This document shows positions 9,543-19,077 of a DNA stretch of 64,000 bases, piece by piece; within the stretch, counting starts at the first letter, position 1, and every line of letters starts with the position of its first letter. Made by a program: the position numbers and the translations under genes. The notes beneath the pieces are model-generated. The model made no database searches and was not told where the DNA came from. It was given only the letters and a program-made list of their open reading frames with translations. Source of the DNA: a virus; the IMG/VR virus record IMGVR_UViG_3300020424_000002, positions 1 to 64,000 of that record. One strand, given 5' to 3'.

Positions 9543-11141
9543 TTAAGGCCAGGGTTTATTCAAATCACCATCCCATGTAGATACTGGTCTAGTTGCTGGT
9601 CGAGTCGATGGTCTAGTTGCTGGTCTAGTTGATGGTCGAGTCGATGGTCTTGTATTTGTTTGTTCAAAACTTGTAGGTCTATTAATTGTTTGCTCAAAAG
9701 TAGCAGGTCTACTGTTTTGTAGTTGTGCTGGTCTCGGTATTGTTTGTTCAAAACTCGTAGGTCTAGAAATTGTTTGCTCAAAGCTTGTAGGTCTACTAAT
9801 AGTAACTTCAAAACTTGATGGTCTTGGAGTTTGGAAATTAGTAGGTCTGTTAATAGTTACCTCATAAGAAGTAGGTCTATTAATGGTTACCTCATAAGAA
9901 GTAGGTCTTGGTATTGTTTGTTCATATGAAGGCGGTCTATAATTTTGTATTTGAAAATTAGCAGGTCTGTTAATAGTTCCTTGAGTTTGATAATTTGCTG
10001 GTCTATTAATAGTTTGGGTAGTTTGATAATTTGCTGGTCTAGTCCCTTGAGTCTGATAATTAGCAGGTCTATTAATAGTTTGTTCATAAGAAGAAGGTCT
10101 ACTATTTTGTATTTGAAAATTTGTAGGTCTACTATTTTGTATTTGATAATTAGCAGGTCTACTATTTTGTATTTGATATGATGGTGGTCTATACGCTTGT
10201 ATTTGAAAATTAGCAGGTCTAGGATTAGAAATCTGGTAAGTACCAGGCCTAAAAGCAGTCACTTGGAATGATGGATTTGTTAAACCAAATTTAGGATTAT
10301 AACTTCCAGCTACAGTTTGTTGATAGGATGCTGGTCTAGTCCCTTGAGTCTGATAAGAAGTAGGTCTTGGCAACGATTGAACTTGATAATACTGTGGACG
10401 ATAACCAGTAGTTTGAAAATTTGTAGGTCTACTCCCTTGAGTCTGATAATTTGCTGGTCTACTCCCTTGAGTCTGATAAGTAGTTGGTCTTGGTATAGTC
10501 ACTTCATAACTTGTTGGCCTAGGATTCGTTATCTGATAAGTTGTAGGTCTAGGATTAGTAATCTGAACATTATATGATGTTGGTCTAGGATTAGTAATCT
10601 GAACATTATATGATGTAGGTCTAGAACCTTGAGTTTGGAAATTAGTAGGTCTGTATATTGTTACTTCATAAGAAGCAGGCCTATTAATTGTTTGTTCATA
10701 AGAGCCAGGCCTAGGAATAGTTTGCTCAAAACTTGATGGTCTACTATTTTGTAATTGAGAAGGTCTAGGAATAGTTTGTTCAAATGATGAAGGTCTATTG
10801 ATTGTTTGTTCAAAACTTGATGGTCTATTAATAGTAACTTCAAAACTTGTAGGTCTAGGTGTTTGGAAATTCGTTGGCCTAGGTATAGTCACTTCAAATG
10901 AAGAAGGTCTATTAATTGTTACCTCAAAAGGTTGTTGAAATGGTTGCTGAAATCCCTGTTGAAATGGTTGTTGAAATGGTTGCTGAAAAGGTTGTTGTAC
11001 CTGTATTGTACCTGTTTGAAATTCCCATCCTGTAGGAGTTTTTCTTTTTACATCAACGACTTTCTTCCACCCAGATGGAGTTTTGACTCTCCATCCTGTA
11101 GTGTCATTCCATCCCGCTGGGGTTTTTACTTTTGAACTCAT
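9543..11141 (-). CDS. Arg-Pro repeat fibre/adhesin with mirror-symmetric repeat architecture (putative giant beta-hairpin)
   Basis: N-terminal 3x K-T-P-x-G-W motif, 6x QQPF, 40 RPxx[FYL] units, 6x RPST, C-terminal WDGDLNKPWP; directly downstream of the 1349-aa fibre. Confidence 0.8.
   Translation of the reverse strand: MSSKVKTPAGWNDTTGWRVKTPSGWKKVVDVKRKTPTGWEFQTGTIQVQQPFQQPFQQPFQQGFQQPFQQPFEVTINRPSSFEVTIPRPTNFQTPRPTSFEVTINRPSSFEQTINRPSSFEQTIPRPSQLQNSRPSSFEQTIPRPGSYEQTINRPASYEVTIYRPTNFQTQGSRPTSYNVQITNPRPTSYNVQITNPRPTTYQITNPRPTSYEVTIPRPTTYQTQGSRPANYQTQGSRPTNFQTTGYRPQYYQVQSLPRPTSYQTQGTRPASYQQTVAGSYNPKFGLTNPSFQVTAFRPGTYQISNPRPANFQIQAYRPPSYQIQNSRPANYQIQNSRPTNFQIQNSRPSSYEQTINRPANYQTQGTRPANYQTTQTINRPANYQTQGTINRPANFQIQNYRPPSYEQTIPRPTSYEVTINRPTSYEVTINRPTNFQTPRPSSFEVTISRPTSFEQTISRPTSFEQTIPRPAQLQNSRPATFEQTINRPTSFEQTNTRPSTRPSTRPATRPSTRPATRPVSTWDGDLNKPWP
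9579..10997 (-). repeat. Coding tandem repeat array (mostly 24/30/36-nt units plus terminal 12-nt units)
   Basis: Recurrent plus-strand ggtct (Arg-Pro codons) with mostly 30-nt period; 12-nt gttgaaatggtt-type and ggtcgagtcgat/ggtctagttgct units at the two ends. Confidence 0.92.
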
Positions 11142-11173
11142 TAATCAATTTCCTCATTCATTATATATTGTTA

Positions 11174-14100
11174 CTATGAGTATGTTATCCAGATATCACC
11201 TACTGCTCCATCTGAACTGCCTGGCGCAGAACTATGTATGAATACATTTCTCATTGCTTTTGCACTTGCACCAATTGTTGTATAACTTGTTGTTGCAGCT
11301 CCTGTGAATGCAGATGTTCCACTTACTGCTAAACTACTTAATGTACCAACACTTGTAATATTAGTTTGAGCTGCAGTTTGTATTGTACCTGTTACATTAC
11401 CAACTAAGTTACCAGTAATATTACCAGATGAACTAATTGAACCACAATCAACAAGGTCAGCTGCAATGTCTGCTCTAGTAATTGTTAAGTCACCACTTGA
11501 TGCACCTGTAAATGAACCTGTTCCTACTATAACTCTGTCATGTGATTCATCCCAACCTATAAACACATTTGAAGAACTTCCTCTTTCGAGAACAATACCA
11601 GAATCACCAGAAGGTGAACCAGAGTTACCTGTTCCAAGTTCTATAAGTTGGTCTTCAATAGTTGTGTTTGTTGCACTGTTGGTTACTGTTGAACCATTAA
11701 CTGTTAAGTTTCCTGTGACTACCACATTACCACTTGCAGTAATATCAGTTGCAGCTATATCTGCAAAGGTTACATCTGAGGTTGTTGATACTGCCTGTCC
11801 AATAGAAACTGTTGGAGTTGCACCCTCTGAACCAGAACCAGATACAGATACACCAGTTCCACCAGAAAGACCAGCAACATAGTTACCAGAAGTTTCTGAA
11901 CCAAGTGCAATATCATCTACTGCAAAGTTAAGTTTACCACTTGCATCATCGTAAGTAACTGCAATATTTGTTTCTGTATTTGATGATACCATACCACCAG
12001 CAACATCTTGAACTGCTTCTGTAAAGTCTGATACTGCACCACTTGTAATACTAATGTCTACATTAGATGCACTTGTTACTCTACCTTTTGAATCTACTGC
12101 TACTTGAGCAACACTGTCTGCATCACCATAAGTTGCAGCTGATACACCAGAGTTTGCAAGTGTAATTGGTAATGCAACATTACCTGTTCCATCAAATGAT
12201 TGTGCTGAGTCTGTAGTTGCATCTCCTGTTACTGTAAAGTTTCTTGAACTTGCAAGTGCTGTTGCAGATGCAGCGTTACCAGTTGTACTTCCAGAAGAAC
12301 CAGATACATTACCTGTGATATTTGCAACTAATGTACCTACTGCATATCCTGTTGCAGTAGTATCTACTGTTGTTGAAGGTACTGTTTGTGTATCTGCAAA
12401 TAATCTAAATGTATTATCTGTAGATGCATCAAAGAATAAACCACCATATTTTGCTGTCCCACCTTCTACATACTTACCATAAAAACCAAAGTCTGTTGAG
12501 TTTCCTGTATTACCAGAAGTAAATCCTTGGAAGTTTGAATCTGTTGTTGTTGAACCTGTTTGTGTTGTAGTACCTGTAACTGTCAAGTTACCACTAACTG
12601 TTAAGTTATTTCCAATAGTTACATTGGATGGTAATCCAACTGTAACAGTACCAGAACTTTCTGAGACATCTACTTCTTGAGATGTTCCAGAGAATGTAAG
12701 TGTATTTCCTAGTGCAATTGCAGTTGAGGCTGAACCATCGGATACTGTTATACTACTGTTTGAAAGTTTACTATTTGCAATAGAACCTGCTAACATACTG
12801 TTTTCTACAGTACCAGAACCTATTGTCAATGCAATACTAGTATTACCTAGGTCTGTCATAACTCCAGAACCAGTTACATCTCCTGTGTAAGATAGTGTTG
12901 GGTCGTTTACATTGAAGTCTAAAGTACCATCTGAGTCTTCATAGGTAACTGAGATACCACTTTCTGTATTAGATGATACCATTCCACCAACTACATCTTG
13001 AACTCTTTCTGTAGTATGGTAGAGGTTACTTGACCCCTCGGATAAGTTGTCTGTGTTAAATCCAGAAATACTTGTTACTAAATCGATAGTTCCATCACTA
13101 TCTTCATAAGTTGCAGTGATACCTGTTTCAGTATTTGAAGTGAACATTGCTCCTACAGTGTCTTGAATTACTTCTGATAGGTCTATATTTGAAGAACCAT
13201 CGAATGAAACACCATGAATTGTTCTTGCAGTTTCTAATGCAGTTGCAGTTGCAGCGTTTCCTGTTGTATCTTGGTTAAGTGTTCCAACTGTAAAATCTAA
13301 AGTACCATCTGCATCATCGTATGCAACTGTAATACCACTTTCGGTATTAGATGTTACCATTGCACCTACGATATCTTCTACAGACTCAGTAAGGTCTGTA
13401 ATAGTTGATGCAGTTGTACTTACTACTAAATCGATTGTGCCATCGTCATCTTGATATGTTGCACCAACACCTGTTTCAGTATTACCAGAGAACATTGCAC
13501 CAACAATGTCTTGTACTCTTTCTGCATTTATTGTTACATCACCAGATGATACAGTAAAATCTGTTCCATCAAATGTTGCAATACCTTTGTTTGTTTCTGT
13601 TGCATCTTCTACAGATATAGTTGCAGTTGAACCTTCACCCTGTGTATGAGATACATCAATACCTTCACCAGCAGATATATCTAATAGATAATTACCAGTT
13701 GTATCTGTTCCTAATGCAACCGAGTCAGCTGCAATTGTAGATGATATGGTTAAGTTCCCTGTTCCATCAAAAGTACCAGAACCAGTTACATCACCACTCA
13801 ATGCAATTACTCTTGAATTTGCAAGTGCAGTTGCTGTATCAGCATTACCTTCTAAGTCTGCAATTAATTTACCTGTTGAATGTCCTGTTCCACTTGTATT
13901 AACTGTAGTTGTAGGTTCTGATTGGTTTCCATGAAACAATCTAAACTTACTTGATTCAGATGCATCCCATAGTAAACCAGCATATTTTGTGGTTGAACCT
14001 TCAACATATTGACCATACAAACCGAAGTCTGTTGCATTTGCAGCGTTATCTTTTGCAACTTTTACTGAACCATCTGCTACTTCTAAAGTAGTAGATGATA

Positions 14101-15223
14101 CTGTTGTTGTACTTCCTTGTACTGTAAGGTTACCAGATAGAGTTAAATTGGCTGCACCAACATCTCCTGTTACTGTTAAATCGTTTCCAATAGTTACATC
14201 ATCTGGTAATCCTACTGTTACTGTTGCAGTTTCAGAACCAGAACCAGATACTTCAATTTCATTTGAAGTTCCAGAGATTCCAGCAACATAGTTTCCTGTT
14301 GTGTCTGTTCCTAGTGCAACACTGTTAGCTGCAATTGTTGTAGATATAGATGTATTTCCTAGGTCTGTCATTGTTGCAGAACCAGTTACATCTCCTGTCA
14401 AAGAAATAGTAGGGTCATTCACATTAAAGTCTAGAGTACCATCTGAGTCATCATAGGTCACTCCTATACCACTTTCTGTGTTAGATGATACCATTGCACC
14501 AACGACATCTTGAACTCTCTCAGTCGTATGATATAGGTTTGTTGAACCTTCTGTTAATTGGTCTGTGCTTGGATTTTCACCTATGTGAACATTTCCACCC
14601 ATACCACTGTGGTTTGCACAATAGTAATAATGTGGATTCATTGCATCCATTTCGAAACACACTTCTACATATGCACCAGATGAACCTGCTGTTCCTACTT
14701 TATTATAGATAGTATATCCAGAAGACATTTCTGAACCACTACCATGTGTTCCATCACTGGTTGTAGAGAATCTTAAAGGATGTGATGCATTAGATGAATC
14801 TGATTGGTCAAATCTGTAAACAACATTAGGAGAAAGTTTTGCTGTTTGTTGTGACCCACCATCTAATAAAAACTTACCACCACTTACTGTGACTACTACT
14901 TTGTGATAATATGGTGCAGTTGTATTGTTTAATTGTTGTTCTACTGCAAGGTCGATAGTTCCATCACTATCTTCATAACCTACAGTTATATTGGTTTCAG
15001 TGTTAGAACTAAACATAGCTCCCACTGTATCTTGAATGAATTCTGCACCTACTGTTGCACTAAATGTACCAGATGAATCATCATATGAAAATGATATACC
15101 TGTATGTGTTCCAGCACCGAACAGACTTGAAATCTGGTCTTGTATCGCTTCAATAGCACCTGTAGAGTCTAGTTCTCCAGATGCATTCAAAAGGTCTGCA
15201 AGATATCTTGCTTTTGTTGGCAT
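11174..15223 (-). CDS. Long tail fibre protein (modular repeats, cupredoxin-like insert)
   Basis: G/S/T/D-rich; ~8 copies of QD.VGAM.SSNTE.GI.V.Y.DSDGT.D; ATALA..R.I...GD.TG repeats; YYCANHSGMGG insert; C-terminal SSAPGSSDGAVGDIWITYS. Confidence 0.88.
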   Translation of the reverse strand: MPTKARYLADLLNASGELDSTGAIEAIQDQISSLFGAGTHTGISFSYDDSSGTFSATVGAEFIQDTVGAMFSSNTETNITVGYEDSDGTIDLAVEQQLNNTTAPYYHKVVVTVSGGKFLLDGGSQQTAKLSPNVVYRFDQSDSSNASHPLRFSTTSDGTHGSGSEMSSGYTIYNKVGTAGSSGAYVEVCFEMDAMNPHYYYCANHSGMGGNVHIGENPSTDQLTEGSTNLYHTTERVQDVVGAMVSSNTESGIGVTYDDSDGTLDFNVNDPTISLTGDVTGSATMTDLGNTSISTTIAANSVALGTDTTGNYVAGISGTSNEIEVSGSGSETATVTVGLPDDVTIGNDLTVTGDVGAANLTLSGNLTVQGSTTTVSSTTLEVADGSVKVAKDNAANATDFGLYGQYVEGSTTKYAGLLWDASESSKFRLFHGNQSEPTTTVNTSGTGHSTGKLIADLEGNADTATALANSRVIALSGDVTGSGTFDGTGNLTISSTIAADSVALGTDTTGNYLLDISAGEGIDVSHTQGEGSTATISVEDATETNKGIATFDGTDFTVSSGDVTINAERVQDIVGAMFSGNTETGVGATYQDDDGTIDLVVSTTASTITDLTESVEDIVGAMVTSNTESGITVAYDDADGTLDFTVGTLNQDTTGNAATATALETARTIHGVSFDGSSNIDLSEVIQDTVGAMFTSNTETGITATYEDSDGTIDLVTSISGFNTDNLSEGSSNLYHTTERVQDVVGGMVSSNTESGISVTYEDSDGTLDFNVNDPTLSYTGDVTGSGVMTDLGNTSIALTIGSGTVENSMLAGSIANSKLSNSSITVSDGSASTAIALGNTLTFSGTSQEVDVSESSGTVTVGLPSNVTIGNNLTVSGNLTVTGTTTQTGSTTTDSNFQGFTSGNTGNSTDFGFYGKYVEGGTAKYGGLFFDASTDNTFRLFADTQTVPSTTVDTTATGYAVGTLVANITGNVSGSSGSTTGNAASATALASSRNFTVTGDATTDSAQSFDGTGNVALPITLANSGVSAATYGDADSVAQVAVDSKGRVTSASNVDISITSGAVSDFTEAVQDVAGGMVSSNTETNIAVTYDDASGKLNFAVDDIALGSETSGNYVAGLSGGTGVSVSGSGSEGATPTVSIGQAVSTTSDVTFADIAATDITASGNVVVTGNLTVNGSTVTNSATNTTIEDQLIELGTGNSGSPSGDSGIVLERGSSSNVFIGWDESHDRVIVGTGSFTGASSGDLTITRADIAADLVDCGSISSSGNITGNLVGNVTGTIQTAAQTNITSVGTLSSLAVSGTSAFTGAATTSYTTIGASAKAMRNVFIHSSAPGSSDGAVGDIWITYS

Positions 15224-15265
15224 TTTAAATTTTCTCCCTAATTAAATCCTTTATAGTTATTTATC

Positions 15266-16504
15266 TTATTCATCTATTTCAATGAAGTTCTCACCTGTGA
15301 TTTCTTCTAATTTTCGAATCATCTTTTCCATATTGACTTTAAATCTTTTTCCTGTTATACTATTCTCAGAATAATATGTCCATTCACCCTCAGCATTGTG
15401 AGGAGATATTTGTGTGACATTACCTGCCTCATCTCTTACAAATAATTCTGCACTACTCGATACATCCTTTGCATATATGGCTGCACGATTTGTGACTCCA
15501 GATGGGTCAGATGCAAGTACTTCCATATGCACTGGCCCGATAATACCATTACCATTAGTGTTTAAGTCACCACCTAAGAATGGTTCAGTATCCAGAAATA
15601 AATTTACTTCTGGTGTATCAAATCCATATTCAATGACATCTATAACATAGTTTGGGTCTGTAAGTGCATCAACAAATGTAATTTCTGTTCCACTTCCAGA
15701 AGTCCACTGTCCTTTTTTAACTAAGATACCATTCACAAATACTTCTGTATATTTGGGAATGACACTTAATGAATTTCCATTTGCATCAGTTCCACTTATA
15801 CTTGAAGTAGATGATGCAGTAATATCATATTGATTTCTAAAAAATGGTGCAGAACCATCATAAGATTTTATAATTATAGTATCACTAACCTGTAGTCCAG
15901 CACTGAATGTTATTGTTGAAGTGTTTGTTTCTGTATAGTCTGTAGATGTTCTATTATCCATAAGAACACCATTTAAGAATACTAAGACTTTGCCTGGCGT
16001 ATATGATAAGGTATTACCATTTTCATCTGCACCAGTTAATACTGTTTGGTTTGCAGTTGCAGTGAATTCATAAACAGAAATTCCTGTTAGTTTTGCACCA
16101 GCACCAGAACCTAAAGATATTATTTCTAGATAGTCGGATGATTTTGCACCATCATCTAATACTACTGATGTTCCATTACTTGCAGTATAATCATCTGGGT
16201 CTAAAAATACACCATTTAAAAATACAAGTATTTGTCCAGCAGTATATGATAAACTTTCATTGTTTGCATCGGTGCCTGAAAATGTTGTTTGGTTTGCACT
16301 TGCATTATAAAGGTAATGAGTCATAGATTCAAATGAGCCAGACTGAACTCCTATCTCAACGATAGATTCAGTTCCACCTACACTTTTCTTTATGTATGCC
16401 TTACCATCATAGGTGTTCAATGCCAATTCACCTAACGCTAAGTCAGATGTACTTGGAATTGCACCAGCAGTAGCAGACCTTTTTAATTGGACTGTCTGTG
16501 TCAT
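15266..16504 (-). CDS. Virion structural/fibre-associated protein
   Basis: N-terminal QLKRS...P...L..GELALN..DGK fibre motif; three repeats of TA..NQT.FSG.D.NG..LSY..G...VFLNGV. Confidence 0.8.
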   Translation of the reverse strand: MTQTVQLKRSATAGAIPSTSDLALGELALNTYDGKAYIKKSVGGTESIVEIGVQSGSFESMTHYLYNASANQTTFSGTDANNESLSYTAGQILVFLNGVFLDPDDYTASNGTSVVLDDGAKSSDYLEIISLGSGAGAKLTGISVYEFTATANQTVLTGADENGNTLSYTPGKVLVFLNGVLMDNRTSTDYTETNTSTITFSAGLQVSDTIIIKSYDGSAPFFRNQYDITASSTSSISGTDANGNSLSVIPKYTEVFVNGILVKKGQWTSGSGTEITFVDALTDPNYVIDVIEYGFDTPEVNLFLDTEPFLGGDLNTNGNGIIGPVHMEVLASDPSGVTNRAAIYAKDVSSSAELFVRDEAGNVTQISPHNAEGEWTYYSENSITGKRFKVNMEKMIRKLEEITGENFIEIDE

Positions 16505-16549
16505 ATGTCACTCACTTTGTCATTAGGGTATATACCCTGTAATACTCTG

Positions 16550-16954
16550 TTATATAACAGATTCTTTTTCTAAAATTGCACTCCATGTAGAAGTGTCTAC
16601 AGTATATTTGATTTTAATCTGGTCATCTGCATAACCAAGTCCCAAATAATTCAAAACATCGTTTGGAACATTTTTAATAGTTCTTTCAACTAATTTATTA
16701 TTAGATTCCCACCAACCATTTGTTGGTGTCTCACCATCAACTCTGAATCCTAATTGTAATTCTCTACCACCCTCAGAATTATCTAATTTGAGTTTAGCAG
16801 TAAAGTTCCCACCATCACTAATAAAAACTTTACTATCTATAGATAAATAAAGTTGTTGCATTACATCATCTGGAATTTGTATATCAATCAATCGATTGGT
16901 AACAACTCTTCCTGTTCCAGAATCATCAGAATTCCATACTTTTCCATAACTCAT
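16550..16954 (-). CDS. Hypothetical protein
   Basis: 134-aa ORF with RBS AAGGA within the fibre cluster. Confidence 0.7.
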   Translation of the reverse strand: MSYGKVWNSDDSGTGRVVTNRLIDIQIPDDVMQQLYLSIDSKVFISDGGNFTAKLKLDNSEGGRELQLGFRVDGETPTNGWWESNNKLVERTIKNVPNDVLNYLGLGYADDQIKIKYTVDTSTWSAILEKESVI

Positions 16955-16972
16955 AATATATTCCTTATGTTA

Positions 16973-18424
16973 TTAATAACTACCACCATCTATTGCAGTA
17001 ATTGAAACTGCACCAGATGATACTGTAAATTCACTTGCATTAAAGGATGCAATACCTTTGTTAGTTGCAGTAGCATCTTCTGCTGATAAAGTTATACTAC
17101 CAGCACCATTTGTTACATCAATACCTTCTCCAGCAGTCAATGTTCCTAATTGCATATCTCCATTTGAAGTATGTCCCATTAGTATCTGACCATTAGTTGG
17201 TGCAGAACCATCTACACTTGTAATTGAACCAGCAAGGTCTAGTGAACCAATATCTAAATTACCTTTTGTACCAGATATTATAGAACTAGTATCTGTTGCA
17301 TCTGGAACAAATGTAAATTTACCTGTACTATCATCAAATCCGAAGAACCCTAATTTTGCAGCTGAACCATTGTGGTATCTAAACTCGATACCTCTATCTT
17401 TGTTATCGTCTGAGCCTGGAGCTGTATCTCCACCCACTACAAAGATTGGGTCATCAACTGTAACTGTTGTACTGTTTACAGTTGTTGTAGTTCCATTGAT
17501 AGTTAAATTACCATCAACTGTAAGGTTATTACCTATAGTTACATTGTCTGGTAATCCAATTGTTATTCCTTGACCACTTGCAACTGTCTCAATCTCGTTA
17601 GTTGTACCAGATATAGTTAATGATTGAGAATCTAAATCTACTGAACCTGTTCCACTGTCACCAGCAGTATCTAAATCTTGAGCAGTTATATTTGTATCTA
17701 CATAATCTTTAACTGCAGCTGATGTTGGAATTGTTGTGTCATTATCATTTGAACCAATTCCTTCACTTTCTATTACTAAGAAAGAATCGTTTAGACTTAC
17801 TGCACCACTTGATACAGTAAATTGTGAACTGTTAAATGATGCAAGACCTTTGTTTGTTGTGCTTGCATCTTCTCCTGCTATGGTGATAACATTATCACCT
17901 ACTGTTGTATCAATACCTTCACCACCAGTGAAAGTTAAAGTCTCACCAGTTGAGAATGAATCATTTGACCCACTATCTGCAGCTAATGATAAACTTGATA
18001 CTACTGTTGCAAATTCTAACTGACCAGCACCATTTGTTCGAATGAACTGTCCAGAAGAACCATCACCATCTGGTAATGTAAATGTAGTATCACTTGTTAC
18101 TGCATTTGGTGCTTTAAGTGCTACAAAGTTAGTACCATTGTCGGTATCTTCGAATAATTGTAAACTACCACCAGTTGAACTTCCATTCCCTACTTTGAAG
18201 TTTGCTGGTGTTGGTGTTGTACCATCTAAAATATCTGTATAGTATTTACCACCTAATTTTTGTATTACTGCACTACCACCACTATCTTGGGACTCGACAT
18301 ATAGGATTGCACCACTTCCACTATTGGAAGCATCCATTGAATATGCTAATTCACCTTGTTGTAGGTCAGATACAGTAGGGGCAGAAACACCTGTGCTTCT
18401 TTTTATCTGAATTACTGTTGCCAT
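16973..18424 (-). CDS. Tail fibre protein
   Basis: MATVIQIKRSTG..AP...L.QGELAY; GNLTINGTTTTVNSTTVTVDDP; KDRGIEF; C-terminal IDGGSY. Confidence 0.85.
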   Translation of the reverse strand: MATVIQIKRSTGVSAPTVSDLQQGELAYSMDASNSGSGAILYVESQDSGGSAVIQKLGGKYYTDILDGTTPTPANFKVGNGSSTGGSLQLFEDTDNGTNFVALKAPNAVTSDTTFTLPDGDGSSGQFIRTNGAGQLEFATVVSSLSLAADSGSNDSFSTGETLTFTGGEGIDTTVGDNVITIAGEDASTTNKGLASFNSSQFTVSSGAVSLNDSFLVIESEGIGSNDNDTTIPTSAAVKDYVDTNITAQDLDTAGDSGTGSVDLDSQSLTISGTTNEIETVASGQGITIGLPDNVTIGNNLTVDGNLTINGTTTTVNSTTVTVDDPIFVVGGDTAPGSDDNKDRGIEFRYHNGSAAKLGFFGFDDSTGKFTFVPDATDTSSIISGTKGNLDIGSLDLAGSITSVDGSAPTNGQILMGHTSNGDMQLGTLTAGEGIDVTNGAGSITLSAEDATATNKGIASFNASEFTVSSGAVSITAIDGGSY

Positions 18425-18437
18425 CTATTTCTCCTAA

Positions 18438-18677
18438 TTAATAAGTCCCACCATCAATATTATTGGCAGCTTCAAACTTATTCGTAGTTGCATCAAATAT
18501 AAGGGTCGTTCCACTTTGCAATGTTTCAGTAGTTGTATCTACATTCTGTAGTTCATTTAAAGATATACTACTTGCATCTACTTGTCCTATTGCAACTTGT
18601 TTCACCTGTTTATTCTGAGGATTTGCAACCTTTAATGAAATATTAGGTTGTTGAGTCACTTTTACTTGAGTAGTCAT
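18438..18677 (-). CDS. Small fibre-associated protein
   Basis: L..LQNVD.....G.TLIFD..T.KF...IDGGTY. Confidence 0.7.
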   Translation of the reverse strand: MTTQVKVTQQPNISLKVANPQNKQVKQVAIGQVDASSISLNELQNVDTTTETLQSGTTLIFDATTNKFEAANNIDGGTY

Positions 18678-18679
18678 AA

Positions 18680-19015
18680 TTAACTCCTAGAAACGCTTGG
18701 TGTCATAATTAATTGACCTTCCATTAATCTTGTTTTATCTCCACTTGCATCTGTCTGTAATACATCATAAACATATCTACCAGCTTCAATTGCAGCGGTT
18801 TGTACATCGGTAAGACTTAATGTTAAGTTCCCACCTATTCCATCATGTGAGGCAGTGAATGTTCCCTTGACTGTAGAAGAACCATGACTTTTTCTTATTT
18901 GTGCAAGAAAAGTTGAACCTGTCAAATTTAATGCAGAGTTTGTAGAATCAGTTAAAGCAATAGATATAGAAAAGTCTATACCTTGGTCTACGAATAAATT
19001 ACTGATACTTGCCAT
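18680..19015 (-). CDS. Small virion structural protein (BppU-N-like)
   Basis: NLFVDQGIDFS, LNLTG....AQIRK, LSLT..QT..I..GRYVYDV, R..EG...TP.V. Confidence 0.78.
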   Translation of the reverse strand: MASISNLFVDQGIDFSISIALTDSTNSALNLTGSTFLAQIRKSHGSSTVKGTFTASHDGIGGNLTLSLTDVQTAAIEAGRYVYDVLQTDASGDKTRLMEGQLIMTPSVSRS

Positions 19016-19047
19016 AAAATACTACCTTTTGATGTTAATTCTAGTAG

Positions 19048-19055
19048 TATTTATA
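19048..19055 (-). promoter_or_regulatory. T4 late promoter (fibre operon)
   Basis: Intergenic TATAAATA upstream of 19015. Confidence 0.75.
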
Positions 19056-19077
19056 TCTTTTGAACTTTTAGATGGTT

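Noticed and set aside
9579-10997. Regular ~30-nt repeats resembling a CRISPR array
   Set aside because: Units are degenerate at synonymous positions, in frame within a 532-aa ORF, with no unique spacers or cas genes.
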